Part shown: in pieces, positions 1 to 9,402 of the stretch
How positions within the stretch are numbered: the first letter of the stretch is position 1
How the letters are laid out: each line of letters starts with the position of its first letter
NCBI GenBank assembly: GCA_018650165.1
Contig: JABIGM010000039.1
Location: forward strand, 1 to 43,549
Reading direction: 5' to 3'
Origin: Methanobacteriota archaeon
Lineage (GTDB): Archaea; Thermoplasmatota; Poseidoniia; Poseidoniales; Poseidoniaceae
Length of the DNA: 43,549 bases
Program-made: the position numbers and the translations under genes
The notes under the pieces: generated by a model
Told to the model about the DNA's origin: nothing
The model's input: the letters and a program-made list of their open reading frames with translations, nothing else
Databases searched by the model: none

Positions 1-2
1 AT

Positions 3-803
3 GAGCGTGGCGATTGGGCTGCTGACCTCGATGTCAAGGTTGCAGAACCTGCAGAATACATTTACTTCGCAGGATGCGCTGCTTCATTTGATGAACGCAA
101 CAAGAAGGTTGCCCGTGATACAATTTCAATTATGAAAGAGGCAGGATTGGATGTTGGAATTCTTGGAATGCAAGAAGGATGTACAGGAGATGCTGCTCGT
201 CGTGCAGGTAACGAATACTTGTTCCAGATGCTTGCAGAAACCAACCTTGCAACCTTCGAGGAGATCGGTGTGAAGAAGATTGTAGCATCCTGTCCTCACT
301 GTTTCCATACTCTAGGAACAGAATACAAGGACTTTGGTGGACAAGACATCGAAGTCATGCATCATTCGCAATTAATCAATCATCTACAGAATGAAGGAAA
401 GTTACCTGAACCTAAACATGATGGTAATGTCACCTATCATGATCCATGTTACCTTGGACGTATCGGGGGAGAAACTGAAGCACCACGTGCCGCAATTGGT
501 GGAGTAGATATTGAGACCGAAAACCATGGTAGAGGTTCATTCTGCTGTGGTGCAGGTGGTGCTCAAATGTGGATGGAAGAGCACGTGGATGACGATCATG
601 ACCGTGTCAATATCATCCGTGCTAAGGAACTTGCAGAGACAGGTGCAGATACTGTTGCAGTAGGATGTCCTTTCTGTTCTACTATGGTTACAGATGGCCT
701 ATCAAGTATTGATTCAAAGATGGAAGTCAAAGATATTGCTGAAATCGTTTGGGAGCAAATCAAAGCCAATGATGCAAAGATTCAGGCTGCTAAAGCAGAG
801 TGA
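3..803 (+). CDS. Cysteine-rich (CCG domain) Fe-S oxidoreductase, FadF/HdrD/GlpC-like; 5'-truncated by window edge
   Basis: Frame is open from base 3 (ERGDW...YFAGCAASFD) into the listed ORF at 132. Motifs: GCTGD, SCPHC, YHDPCYLGR, FCCGAGG, GCPFC. Confidence 0.85.
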   Translation, partial: ERGDWAADLDVKVAEPAEYIYFAGCAASFDERNKKVARDTISIMKEAGLDVGILGMQEGCTGDAARRAGNEYLFQMLAETNLATFEEIGVKKIVASCPHCFHTLGTEYKDFGGQDIEVMHHSQLINHLQNEGKLPEPKHDGNVTYHDPCYLGRIGGETEAPRAAIGGVDIETENHGRGSFCCGAGGAQMWMEEHVDDDHDRVNIIRAKELAETGADTVAVGCPFCSTMVTDGLSSIDSKMEVKDIAEIVWEQIKANDAKIQAAKAE

Positions 804-820
804 GAGTGAACTGGTTAATT

Positions 821-1240
821 CTAATTAGCATCAGCATAGGCGTTGATATTTGCAATTATCTTGTCATCATCACCGCCAACACCAACCTTGGTTATTGTGA
901 CGTCCACAGTGCATCCCCCATTACTTCCATCACATAGGTTTGTGTTGTTACCTTCACTGATAGTGATCTCTTCAGATACTTCCCAGTACTTGTCATCGTC
1001 TATTGTGTACGTGCAATATGCATCTGCATCTGCCCAATCTGTCACTTCACACGAGTAGGATGCTCCATCGTTTACAACAATACTAACGTATACTAGAACC
1101 CAGTTAAGGCCATCACCTTGTGTCATCATGATGTGTACTAGTGCATCTCCACCAGAATCAGACATGTCTCCTGCTGCATCTCTATCACTGAATGTGAAGG
1201 TATCTAGGCTACCACCAGATGAATCCTCTGCATAATCCAT
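821..1240 (-). CDS. Hypothetical acidic protein with four Cys, resembling an extracellular beta domain but lacking a signal peptide
   Basis: Start placed at ATG 1240 (MDYAEDSS...) rather than TTG 1306, which lies inside the upstream gene. Coherent D/E/T/G-rich sequence with YSCEV, AYCTY, NLCDG, GGCTV. Confidence 0.6.
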   Translation of the reverse strand: MDYAEDSSGGSLDTFTFSDRDAAGDMSDSGGDALVHIMMTQGDGLNWVLVYVSIVVNDGASYSCEVTDWADADAYCTYTIDDDKYWEVSEEITISEGNNTNLCDGSNGGCTVDVTITKVGVGGDDDKIIANINAYADAN

Positions 1241-1271
1241 GCCAGAGCAAGATGGGGCCCAAAGAAGAACT

Positions 1272-1928
1272 TCATTCCTCTTCTTCAGAAGTAATATCTG
1301 CTCCAAATGATGCTAAAGTAAGCATAAATGAAGTTGCAAGTAAATATTCAAATGGTGCAGCCCAATTAATCCACGGCTGCATTTTGTCCATGTCCCAATC
1401 ACCATTGACAAATTCAGGATTTGCTATGAGTCCTAGATTAATTGAATATGTCATTCCGATTAGTGCAATAAATCCTAGAGATATTGACAAATATCTCAAA
1501 TTCTTGCTTTTATCACTAGCATCTTTCATGGCTAAGTGTGTGAGTACACCCCATGCTAGACCAAAATAAAATATATTTACTGCTGTTAGTATATGTGCCT
1601 CTAAATGGTCATACATGTCCATGAATGCCATAATTATCAAATTGGCGCCTACAAAAATCCCACTTAGCATTGAAAGGTGCATCCAATACCATCTGGTGTG
1701 ATTTTTGTTTAATTGGAATAACCTCCAAGACAAATAAATCAAAACAATTCCCGTTAATGTGAAACCTGCAGTGAAAATGATTCTCTGAATACCAGGAAAA
1801 TCAGCTTCTGATATGAAGAAGGGAAATGCACGATATTCCCCTGACATGATGTGAGCCAATGTAGACAACAAAATCGTCATCGCAGGAAGAGCCCACCCCA
1901 AACGAGCGAGCAGTCTATCCTCAATCAT
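1272..1928 (-). CDS. Frag1/DRAM/Sfk1-like multi-pass membrane protein
   Basis: About six hydrophobic segments; PFFISE...P.....IF..G pattern after TM1 and AAPFEY near the C-terminus; ATGA overlap with the upstream gene (1925-1928). Confidence 0.7.
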   Translation of the reverse strand: MIEDRLLARLGWALPAMTILLSTLAHIMSGEYRAFPFFISEADFPGIQRIIFTAGFTLTGIVLIYLSWRLFQLNKNHTRWYWMHLSMLSGIFVGANLIIMAFMDMYDHLEAHILTAVNIFYFGLAWGVLTHLAMKDASDKSKNLRYLSISLGFIALIGMTYSINLGLIANPEFVNGDWDMDKMQPWINWAAPFEYLLATSFMLTLASFGADITSEEEE

Positions 1929-2890
1929 TTGTATGCCTCCACAGTATCATGAATGCAATCATCATATGATTTCCAAGTAATTCCCAACTCAGTCTCGGCT
2001 TTCTTACTAGAGTATTTTGAGTCACCTTTAGAGAATGATTTAGCGGCAGATCTAGTGAGCAATCTCTTTCCACTAAATAATCCCATGAACCAATCTTGGA
2101 AAACCACTACAGGTAGTAGCCACAATGGTATTCCAAAGCGTGGGAATTTCATCTTTGGGTACAATTTCTTTGCTCGCTTTAGCAAATCATGTATCGTTCC
2201 ATCCTGATATGGTGCCAAGACATACCTACCATGCGCATTATCGTTTTCGAAAGCTAAACGATGCGCAGTAGCGACATCATCCACATGTACAAAGGCGAGT
2301 GGAATTTTTGGAACAACTGGGTATTTTCCCTTCATAGCATCTCCGATGATATCTGTAGATGGAGTTGGCCTCGAAAAAGAACCTCCGAGGACACCACTTG
2401 GATTTATTACTCGTAAATCAAGATCTAATTCCTTAGCCAATTCCCAAGCTCTGCGTTCGGATTCTGTTTTGGCTCTTGTATAGGGCATGGAGAAATTTTC
2501 ATTCCAATTTGATTCATCTTTTACACTATTCTTCGGAGTTACGCCAATCGCTGCAACCGATGATGTGTAGACTACACGTTTAATTCCGCATGCGGCTGCA
2601 GCCCTAAGTACATTCTCAGTGCCCCTATTAGCAGTGTTTAAGATTAAGTCTCCATCTCCACTTGTGGCATAGATTGTTGCAAGATGAAATAGTCCTGTTG
2701 CTCCCTCTAGAGCCTTAGGCCAATCCTCTGAATTTAGTACATCTGCTTCAATAAATTCCATGTCTAGTTTAGGAGCCTTATCCATTGAGCGAACAGTACC
2801 TCTAACCTTGTATCCCTGTTCTAACAATTGGCGAGACAAATTGTTACCAATGTGGCCATTCGCTCCAGTAACAACGACAAGCCCATCCAT
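1925..2890 (-). CDS. NAD-dependent epimerase/dehydratase, extended SDR (dihydroflavonol reductase-like)
   Basis: VTGANGHIG Rossmann motif, VYTSS, YTRAK catalytic YxxxK, HVDDVA. Confidence 0.9.
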   Translation of the reverse strand: MDGLVVVTGANGHIGNNLSRQLLEQGYKVRGTVRSMDKAPKLDMEFIEADVLNSEDWPKALEGATGLFHLATIYATSGDGDLILNTANRGTENVLRAAAACGIKRVVYTSSVAAIGVTPKNSVKDESNWNENFSMPYTRAKTESERRAWELAKELDLDLRVINPSGVLGGSFSRPTPSTDIIGDAMKGKYPVVPKIPLAFVHVDDVATAHRLAFENDNAHGRYVLAPYQDGTIHDLLKRAKKLYPKMKFPRFGIPLWLLPVVVFQDWFMGLFSGKRLLTRSAAKSFSKGDSKYSSKKAETELGITWKSYDDCIHDTVEAYK

Positions 2891-2911
2891 GTCAGGGCAT
2901 TGGCCTCACCG

Positions 2912-2938
2912 CTTTGAATCATGGCATTGTTTGAATAA
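2912..2938. promoter_or_regulatory. Back-to-back putative TATA-like boxes of the divergent SDR/cysS promoter
   Basis: TTCAAAG on minus (2918-2912, -28..-22 of ATG 2890) and TTTGAATAA on plus (2930-2938, -32..-24 of ATG 2962). Confidence 0.45.
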
Positions 2939-2944
2939 CAGTGA

Positions 2945-2963
2945 ATCACCCCACAGGGGTGAT
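2945..2963. promoter_or_regulatory. Perfect 8-bp hairpin with 3-nt loop covering the cysS SD-like GGGGTGA and start codon
   Basis: ATCACCCC-ACA-GGGGTGAT; the last two bases are the AT of ATG 2962. Confidence 0.5.
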
Positions 2964-4443
2964 GCCTCTGCGCGTACACGACACTCGCCGTCGGGATAAA
3001 GTGGATTTTACCACTATGAATCCCGGTGTGGTAAACATGTATGTTTGTGGAGTCACAGTGTATGATTTGTGCCATCTTGGCCATGCTCGTTGTTACCTAG
3101 CTTTCGATTTGATACACCGTTGGTTGGAAAAGTCGGGATATGATGTCAATTATGTTCAAAATTTCACAGATATTGATGATAAAATAATCAATCGTGCTAA
3201 TGAAACCGGTGAGGATTGGAACGAATTAGTTGAAAATAATATTGCTACATATTACCGAGACATGGATGCGCTCAATATACTTCGAGCAGACAAATATCCT
3301 CGGTGTACCGATTATGTTGACCAAATGATTGAGATAACAACCGACCTTATCGAGAAAGGAAATGCGTACGCTGCAGATGATGGCGTATATTTCAGCGTTG
3401 AAAGTGCACCAGAAAAATACGGTGAATTGACAGGGCAAAATATCGATGCAGTGCGCAGCGGTGCCGGTGGAAGAGTCGCAGGAACTGGCTCTGGGAAGCG
3501 CGACCACAAGGATTTCGCACTTTGGAAAGCGGCTAAGCCAGGTGAACCCACATGGGATTCACCATGGGGTGAAGGACGCCCTGGATGGCACATTGAGTGT
3601 ACTGCAATGTCGATGGATTCATTTGGTGAACAATTCGATATTCACGGTGGTGGACATGATTTACTATTCCCTCATCACGAAGCAGAAATCTTCCAAGGAG
3701 AGTGCCATACAGGTTGCTCACCTGTTGTTCACCATTGGCTACACAATGGTTTTGTCAATATCGACGGAGAAAAAATGAGTAAATCTCTCGGTAACTTCTG
3801 GACGATTTCAGATATTTTGGAAAAGGTCGATCCATATGTGCTGAGGTTTTCTTTAATCAATGCACATTACCGTTCACCTATCGATATGAATGAACAATTA
3901 CTCAAAGACGCTGAAAAGAATCATTCACGCCTCATGAGCGTTTACAAGGCTGCTTTGGAATTAATGGGTGAAAACTGTCCACCACTCCCAGAAGGCGACA
4001 TCACCTCACAAGTTCCTTTGGTCAAGAGCCTAGGGCTCCTCGAAAAGATGGCACAAGGGTTTGCTATTGCCATGGATGATGATTTCAATTCACGTGAAGG
4101 GTGTGCAAAAGTTCTCGGCGCACTTCGAGAAATGAGCCGAATGCTAAGTGAATTAGCTGGTGATGATTTGGGTGCTTTTGCATTCCACTGCGTAGAATGG
4201 CTAGAGGATACTGCCGGTTCAGTACTCGGAGTTTTACCGAGTCGAGAGGAAACACTAGCCGAACCAGAAGAGGACCCACGTCGAGCTGAGATTACAGAGC
4301 AGGTAGAGGCATTGATAACGCGTAGAACAGAGGCGCGGTCTGCAAAGGATTGGCCTGCAGCAGATGCGATACGTGACGAACTAAACACACTTGGCGTAGT
4401 CGTTACCGATACAGCAGCAGGGCCGGTTTGGGATCTAGTCTGA
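2962..4443 (+). CDS. cysS: Cysteine--tRNA ligase
   Basis: MYVCGVTVYDLCHLGH (HIGH motif), YVQNFTDIDDKII, DFALWK, GRPGWHIEC, DIHGGGHDLLFPHHE, KMSKSLGN. Start moved to ATG 2962. Confidence 0.98.
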   Translation: MPLRVHDTRRRDKVDFTTMNPGVVNMYVCGVTVYDLCHLGHARCYLAFDLIHRWLEKSGYDVNYVQNFTDIDDKIINRANETGEDWNELVENNIATYYRDMDALNILRADKYPRCTDYVDQMIEITTDLIEKGNAYAADDGVYFSVESAPEKYGELTGQNIDAVRSGAGGRVAGTGSGKRDHKDFALWKAAKPGEPTWDSPWGEGRPGWHIECTAMSMDSFGEQFDIHGGGHDLLFPHHEAEIFQGECHTGCSPVVHHWLHNGFVNIDGEKMSKSLGNFWTISDILEKVDPYVLRFSLINAHYRSPIDMNEQLLKDAEKNHSRLMSVYKAALELMGENCPPLPEGDITSQVPLVKSLGLLEKMAQGFAIAMDDDFNSREGCAKVLGALREMSRMLSELAGDDLGAFAFHCVEWLEDTAGSVLGVLPSREETLAEPEEDPRRAEITEQVEALITRRTEARSAKDWPAADAIRDELNTLGVVVTDTAAGPVWDLV

Positions 4444-7400
4444 GTCCTTCGGCGGTTCAATCGGTGGTAATTCAGGTACGAATTGAGAATTTGTCGCACC
4501 AGCGAGAGTCTCTTTTTCCCTAGCCAAGAAAATTACGGCTACAGCAGCAACCAATATTACACCCATCGCCACTGATAGCAGGACTACAGGGTCCGTTTCA
4601 TCAGACTTTGCGGAATCGGTAGTGTCTTCATCGCAGATTCCCGTACAGGGCCCATCTCCAGTACCGTCGCCGCCATCATTGTTGCCACCGCCACTATTGT
4701 CGTTTTCGTAAGTACAACTACCATCGTCTTGGTCCGCTTGAATATTGTAATTCAAGGCAGTAGAGTCCATACATCCTAGTCTCGGCTCAGGCTCAACATT
4801 GCTATTGTTAGTATAGTCTGAATCTGTAATGTAAGGACGGTTTCCATTCGCATCGTAATCAATGTCATAGTAGTCGTAGAGTTTTGACATATCAATGTGG
4901 AAATTTGCGTGGGCTGAACGATTGATAACATCGAAATATCTCTCATCATCCATAGTAAAAATTGGGTCTAATGTCATACTTTTCAAATGGTTGACATTAT
5001 CTCTATAATCGCCATCGAATGTTGTTGCTAGCCAATCTTCAAGTTCTGAGTCAGACATCTCCTCTACTTCTTGCCAGTTCTCCTTGATATCATCAAACTG
5101 GTTTAGCATAGCCATTGCTAATCCCGATTCGATATTCTCCCATGTTTGCATGCCTTCAACTTCAGTTGAAGATGTTACATCGACGGCCTTACTGAATCCA
5201 CTGCCATTGATATATTCCCAATCATCTCCATTCATTGCAGTCATCAAGTCCACATCGCCGAATACAGCCTTTCCTTGAACAATAGTTAGCCTAATGTCGG
5301 GGTCGATTGCTTCGATTAAGTTACGATATGGGTTGTCATGGAATGTGTCAACGACTACAAGATCTGCATACATTCCAATCCCAATTTGTCCTACAAACTT
5401 TTGCCAATTTGCAATCTCTGCAGCATTGCTGGTTACCATCTCAACCAATTCATAATCACTGAAATGGCCATCAAGAGATTCTCTGTTCCATAGGTCTGCA
5501 GTCTTCAATTCGTGAAGATTATTTTTCGAACCACTTGGTCCCCAGTCCGGTGCCAAAGAGATAGTTACACCTGCATTGTCTGCTGCAACAACATCAGTTG
5601 TATCTCCATACAACAGTAGATTAGAAATTGGCGACCAAACCAATCCTGCGTCAACTTCTCCCATTTTATTGAATTGACTTTGATCAAGGGCAGTACCATG
5701 AATAACAACTGTTTCATTCATGATTAATCCTTTATTGTATAGTGCATCAAACTCATTTTTGCTAACTTGGTCTACTCCTTCAGAAAGGTGAACAAACCAA
5801 GCGTTTAGTGTTCCAGCATTGCTCTTATCGATTAGGTGTTGGCCACTATAATCCTCGTCTTCAGCTCCACACACAGCACAAGTGTACATACCATCTTGAC
5901 CAAAGTTGTAAAGTTCGACATTTCGTGATAGCATACTATCCCAAGAGTCAGTGCCACTACTTGGTGAGCCCTGCACTGCAGTAACTCCTCCAGAGACTGC
6001 TTGGACTTCAGCATACTTCATCTGCTCAGATGACATGTCCCACCGGCTGTAAGATTGCATGTTAGTCTTCATCCAAGTTATGCTTGGTCCATAATCCCAA
6101 TTGTCGCCCCATTGGCCTCGATTGGTGTAACCTCCTTCTTCAGATTTTTGAGATTCAGATAAGTGGACATTAAAGTCCCAAAGCGGAATGTGATTGTAGT
6201 GCATGTGATTGTGTAAATCGATTAGGCCAGGATAGATTGTAGCATCAGTATCGTGTACAGTGATGTCATCGGTATTTATTGGAGGTATTTCTCCATCTGC
6301 CCAAACTGCTTTAATCATGCCATCGTCAATCATGATGTTACCATTCTCAATGACATTATTTTGCCCAGTCATAGGAACTACTCGACCTTTTAGAATATAC
6401 GTGGATTCCGAATTATCTGCTTGTTTGAAACATGTACCTTGCCTGTCAGCAGGGTTTGCATCACTCTTACCTAGTGTCCCATCTTCATTTAGCGTGTATG
6501 CAACATCAAAGAACGAGTCCTTAGCAGGGTATTTTATCATGCTCTGAATAGCCCCATTAATGTCTTTCAATACTGCAAAGTCATCTTCATAGTAGTCGAA
6601 AATAATTTGTGTTTTCGATCTGTAAAATGTCATTGATTCACCGGCAGAGATTGTTGTATTCCATCCAATTGAACACGGTGCACTGCCCCCTGCCAAGTTG
6701 TCGTCTAATGTCCAATCAGATATGTCGACATCAGATGTACCATCATTTGTTAGTTGGATATATTGTTCGCTATTCTGCCAGACTTCTCCATCGCCATCTA
6801 AATCTACACCATCATACTCTTCACTAGATGAAGATACGAGGATTTCTGAAATCTTTACACCCAAATAGTTGCCTTCATTTACTGACCATTCTCCGACTCC
6901 TACTGAATCACCACCACCAGAATTACCGCCACCGGAGTTATCGACTTCTCCGACTGTACAGGTTCCTTGAGTTGCAGCGGGGCTAGGGTCTGTTTTTTCC
7001 AATAATCCGTTAGCACCTGGAGTGTATGCCTTGTCCCAATCGGAATCATTAGCAGGATAGTTGAAGACACTTTGAATCGAATCACTTGAATCTTTCAATA
7101 CTGCAGAATCGCCATCAAAGAAATCTAATTCTATGCTGGTATCAGCTCGATAAAAAGTAATGGATTCACCTGCTAAGATTGTCAAATCTCCAATTTCGCA
7201 AGAAGCGCTTCCACCAATTGCATCATCATCTAATGTCCAATTTGAAAGATTAACATCTACTGTACCATCATTTGTCAATTGGATATATTGGTCACTCGAA
7301 CTACCAATTACACCATCACCATTCCAATCAGTTCCCTCATGGGTAGCATCACTCGGTGACACTAGAATTTCTGAAATCATAACACCTTTGTAATCATCAG

Positions 7401-7491
7401 TGTTAATACTCCAGACTCCCGTTTCAGCACTTGCTATGCCCGTGGGGATGGCCGCAACAATCATGATTAGCACAACAATCAATCTACGCAT
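4435..7491 (-). CDS. Secreted, C-terminally anchored metal-dependent amidohydrolase with two N-terminal lamin-tail-like domains
   Basis: Signal peptide MRRLIVVLIMIVAAIPTGIASA; two ISEIL...QYIQLTNDG...WTLDD...AGES domains; amidohydrolase motifs PGLIDLHNH, HLSEG, IHGTAL, WSPISN, APDW; GCMDSTALNYN...DDGSC repeat; C-terminal TM. Confidence 0.85.
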   Translation of the reverse strand: MRRLIVVLIMIVAAIPTGIASAETGVWSINTDDYKGVMISEILVSPSDATHEGTDWNGDGVIGSSSDQYIQLTNDGTVDVNLSNWTLDDDAIGGSASCEIGDLTILAGESITFYRADTSIELDFFDGDSAVLKDSSDSIQSVFNYPANDSDWDKAYTPGANGLLEKTDPSPAATQGTCTVGEVDNSGGGNSGGGDSVGVGEWSVNEGNYLGVKISEILVSSSSEEYDGVDLDGDGEVWQNSEQYIQLTNDGTSDVDISDWTLDDNLAGGSAPCSIGWNTTISAGESMTFYRSKTQIIFDYYEDDFAVLKDINGAIQSMIKYPAKDSFFDVAYTLNEDGTLGKSDANPADRQGTCFKQADNSESTYILKGRVVPMTGQNNVIENGNIMIDDGMIKAVWADGEIPPINTDDITVHDTDATIYPGLIDLHNHMHYNHIPLWDFNVHLSESQKSEEGGYTNRGQWGDNWDYGPSITWMKTNMQSYSRWDMSSEQMKYAEVQAVSGGVTAVQGSPSSGTDSWDSMLSRNVELYNFGQDGMYTCAVCGAEDEDYSGQHLIDKSNAGTLNAWFVHLSEGVDQVSKNEFDALYNKGLIMNETVVIHGTALDQSQFNKMGEVDAGLVWSPISNLLLYGDTTDVVAADNAGVTISLAPDWGPSGSKNNLHELKTADLWNRESLDGHFSDYELVEMVTSNAAEIANWQKFVGQIGIGMYADLVVVDTFHDNPYRNLIEAIDPDIRLTIVQGKAVFGDVDLMTAMNGDDWEYINGSGFSKAVDVTSSTEVEGMQTWENIESGLAMAMLNQFDDIKENWQEVEEMSDSELEDWLATTFDGDYRDNVNHLKSMTLDPIFTMDDERYFDVINRSAHANFHIDMSKLYDYYDIDYDANGNRPYITDSDYTNNSNVEPEPRLGCMDSTALNYNIQADQDDGSCTYENDNSGGGNNDGGDGTGDGPCTGICDEDTTDSAKSDETDPVVLLSVAMGVILVAAVAVIFLAREKETLAGATNSQFVPELPPIEPPKDSD
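6430..7419 (-). repeat. Tandem intragenic duplication of a lamin-tail-like domain (about 155 aa each; 7419-6958 and 6894-6430)
   Basis: Aligned protein blocks (QYIQLTNDGT, WTLDD, AGES.TFYR, QGTC) and shared DNA words such as TCTTTCAATACTGCA and TCTAATGTCCAAT. Confidence 0.85.
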
Positions 7492-7536
7492 GACTCGCCC
7501 AAATAGACCAAGCACATGAAACCACCCATTAATCGC

Positions 7537-7599
7537 ATTTGCAAATTGAGACGAATAATGGATAGTCTCAAAGCCAAGTTAACATGCCCGTAGGGCATG
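7537..7599. promoter_or_regulatory. Cluster of dyad elements in a divergent promoter region
   Basis: ATTTGCAAAT palindrome 7537-7546; TTGAGAC-N12-GTCTCAA 7546-7571; CATGCCC-GTA-GGGCATG 7583-7599 ending on the ATG; CTCAAAG at -30..-24 of ATG 7597. Confidence 0.5.
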
Positions 7600-9402
7600 C
7601 GTAAGGCACTATTGATGCTGGTAATCATGTTACCAGCCATGTTCTCCGGTTGTTTCGGAGAAGAAGACATAGTCCCTGCGTCAGAAGAAGAATCAGTTTA
7701 TCCACAGCCATGGGAAAGGGCAGATTACACCTATGTCGATAGCGATGTATTCAGTAGAGTTACTGTAAATGGCAGTTTTGGAATCGACGCAGTACGCAGT
7801 GTTTTCATTGATGTACCAACCATCACTGCCGCAGATGGTGGAGCTGGATTAACCGGTGATGCAGTTGTTCACCTTGGCTTGTGGTTACCTGTTATTGAAG
7901 GATGTGACTGGGATGCTGCAAATCTTTCAGAAGATTGTCTTGTACCTGTAATCGCAGAGATTGGACCCTACTACAACGATGGTGATGTCGACGCTTTAAC
8001 CCCTGCAGACAGGCTGGGCAGATTCTTAATCGAAAATTATGTTCCACATGGATATGGTGTGGCCCAGGTTAGCGTATTTGGAACTGGAGATTCAAACCAC
8101 TGTATGGACCTAATGGGCACTGATGAGCAGAGGGGTATTGATGCATCAGTATCCTGGTTAGGCAGTCAGCCCTGGTCAAATGGTAAAGTTGGAATCATTG
8201 GTAAATCATACGATGGAAGCACTCCTTGGCAAGCAGCAACTTTTGGGAATCCTTACTTAGCAACAATCGTGCCAATGTCGGGATTGATTGGAGTTCACGA
8301 CTTAATGTGGAGAAACGGAAGTATGGAAGCACGTGGCATGATAATGCACAACGGTGTATACGGTTCGTTTGGAGTTGATGGTGACTCACAGGATATCCAA
8401 AATGTCTGTGAAGGATACGCAGAAGGATATGCAATGGGTCCGTTGGCATACATAAGTGGTGGAATGGTTGATTATGCAGGTAATACATACTGGACCGAAA
8501 GGTCATTCCTCGATAGAGTAGTCGAAAACTATAACGGTTCAGTTTACATTATTCAGGGAATGCAAGATTGGAACGTAGATCCCCACATGGCATTCCCTAC
8601 TCACCAAATTGTAGATGATGCTGGAATCGAAATCAAAACACTTGCAGGCCAGTGGGCGCATGATTATCCAGACAGAGATTCAGGACACAGTTCGCAATCT
8701 CCTGGAAGAGGAGCTGAAGCATACCCGTACACATTACGTTGGGATTGGGCTGATGAGATGCTTTACTGGTTCGATTGGTACCTGAAAGGTGAAGGTGCGC
8801 CACCAACCCTTGGAGTTGAAATGCAAGACAACCGTGGTGGCTGGAGATTTGAGAATACATGGCCAGCGGAAGACACAGACTACCTTTCGATGGAAGTCGA
8901 TGCATTGGGGCCCAGTGGCGCACTAATGGGTGCAACACAAGGTGAAATTACATTCTCTTATGGACCATTTGAAAATGATACATGGATTGCAGGGATGCCA
9001 ACAATTCATGTTGCAACAACTCCACACACCACCAATAACGGGCATATCTTCATTGAAATGACTGATGATTCAGGAATGCATCTTGGCCATGCAGTGATGG
9101 ATTTGAGATTCCATGCAGGAGGTCGAGACGGTGCAATTGAACTAATCCCATTCTCAACGGTAGTTGCTATGATGGAGTTCATGCCGATGGATGCATTCTT
9201 GAAAGCAGGAGAATCAATACACTTCACAGTAACTCAAACTGGAGAAGACTACGTTCCTAGCCCAGCAGCAGTAGGTGATTATTCAATAAATTGGGCTGCA
9301 AGCACTCTGACGCTTCCAATCGTTCACCGTACCTGTGATGACTTATTCCAAGTGCCAATGACTGATTACGATGAAAGCATGTATTATTGGGATATCTGTT
9401 AG
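7597..9402 (+). CDS. CocE/NonD family (S15, X-Pro dipeptidyl peptidase-like) serine hydrolase, lipoprotein
   Basis: Lipobox-like FSGC after a hydrophobic leader; [15 protein letters not shown]; [15 protein letters not shown] nucleophile elbow; QGMQDWNV; GQWAH. Confidence 0.88.
   Translation: MRKALLMLVIMLPAMFSGCFGEEDIVPASEEESVYPQPWERADYTYVDSDVFSRVTVNGSFGIDAVRSVFIDVPTITAADGGAGLTGDAVVHLGLWLPVIEGCDWDAANLSEDCLVPVIAEIGPYYNDGDVDALTPADRLGRFLIENYVPHGYGVAQVSVFGTGDSNHCMDLMGTDEQRGIDASVSWLGSQPWSNGKVGIIGKSYDGSTPWQAATFGNPYLATIVPMSGLIGVHDLMWRNGSMEARGMIMHNGVYGSFGVDGDSQDIQNVCEGYAEGYAMGPLAYISGGMVDYAGNTYWTERSFLDRVVENYNGSVYIIQGMQDWNVDPHMAFPTHQIVDDAGIEIKTLAGQWAHDYPDRDSGHSSQSPGRGAEAYPYTLRWDWADEMLYWFDWYLKGEGAPPTLGVEMQDNRGGWRFENTWPAEDTDYLSMEVDALGPSGALMGATQGEITFSYGPFENDTWIAGMPTIHVATTPHTTNNGHIFIEMTDDSGMHLGHAVMDLRFHAGGRDGAIELIPFSTVVAMMEFMPMDAFLKAGESIHFTVTQTGEDYVPSPAAVGDYSINWAASTLTLPIVHRTCDDLFQVPMTDYDESMYYWDIC

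Noticed and set aside
1240-1306. Possible frameshift fusion of the Frag1-like gene to the downstream Cys domain (reading frames overlap at 1272-1306)
   Set aside because: No slippery sequence or stimulatory structure seen; the Frag1-like gene ends normally in an acidic tail.
3942-4499. 185-aa antisense ORF over cysS, and similar shadow ORFs (e.g. 34430-35134, 19401-20063, 10027-10515, 13152-13586, 37087-37554)
   Set aside because: They lie opposite well-supported genes, have Ser/Arg/Pro-rich composition typical of reverse-frame translation, and show no motifs.
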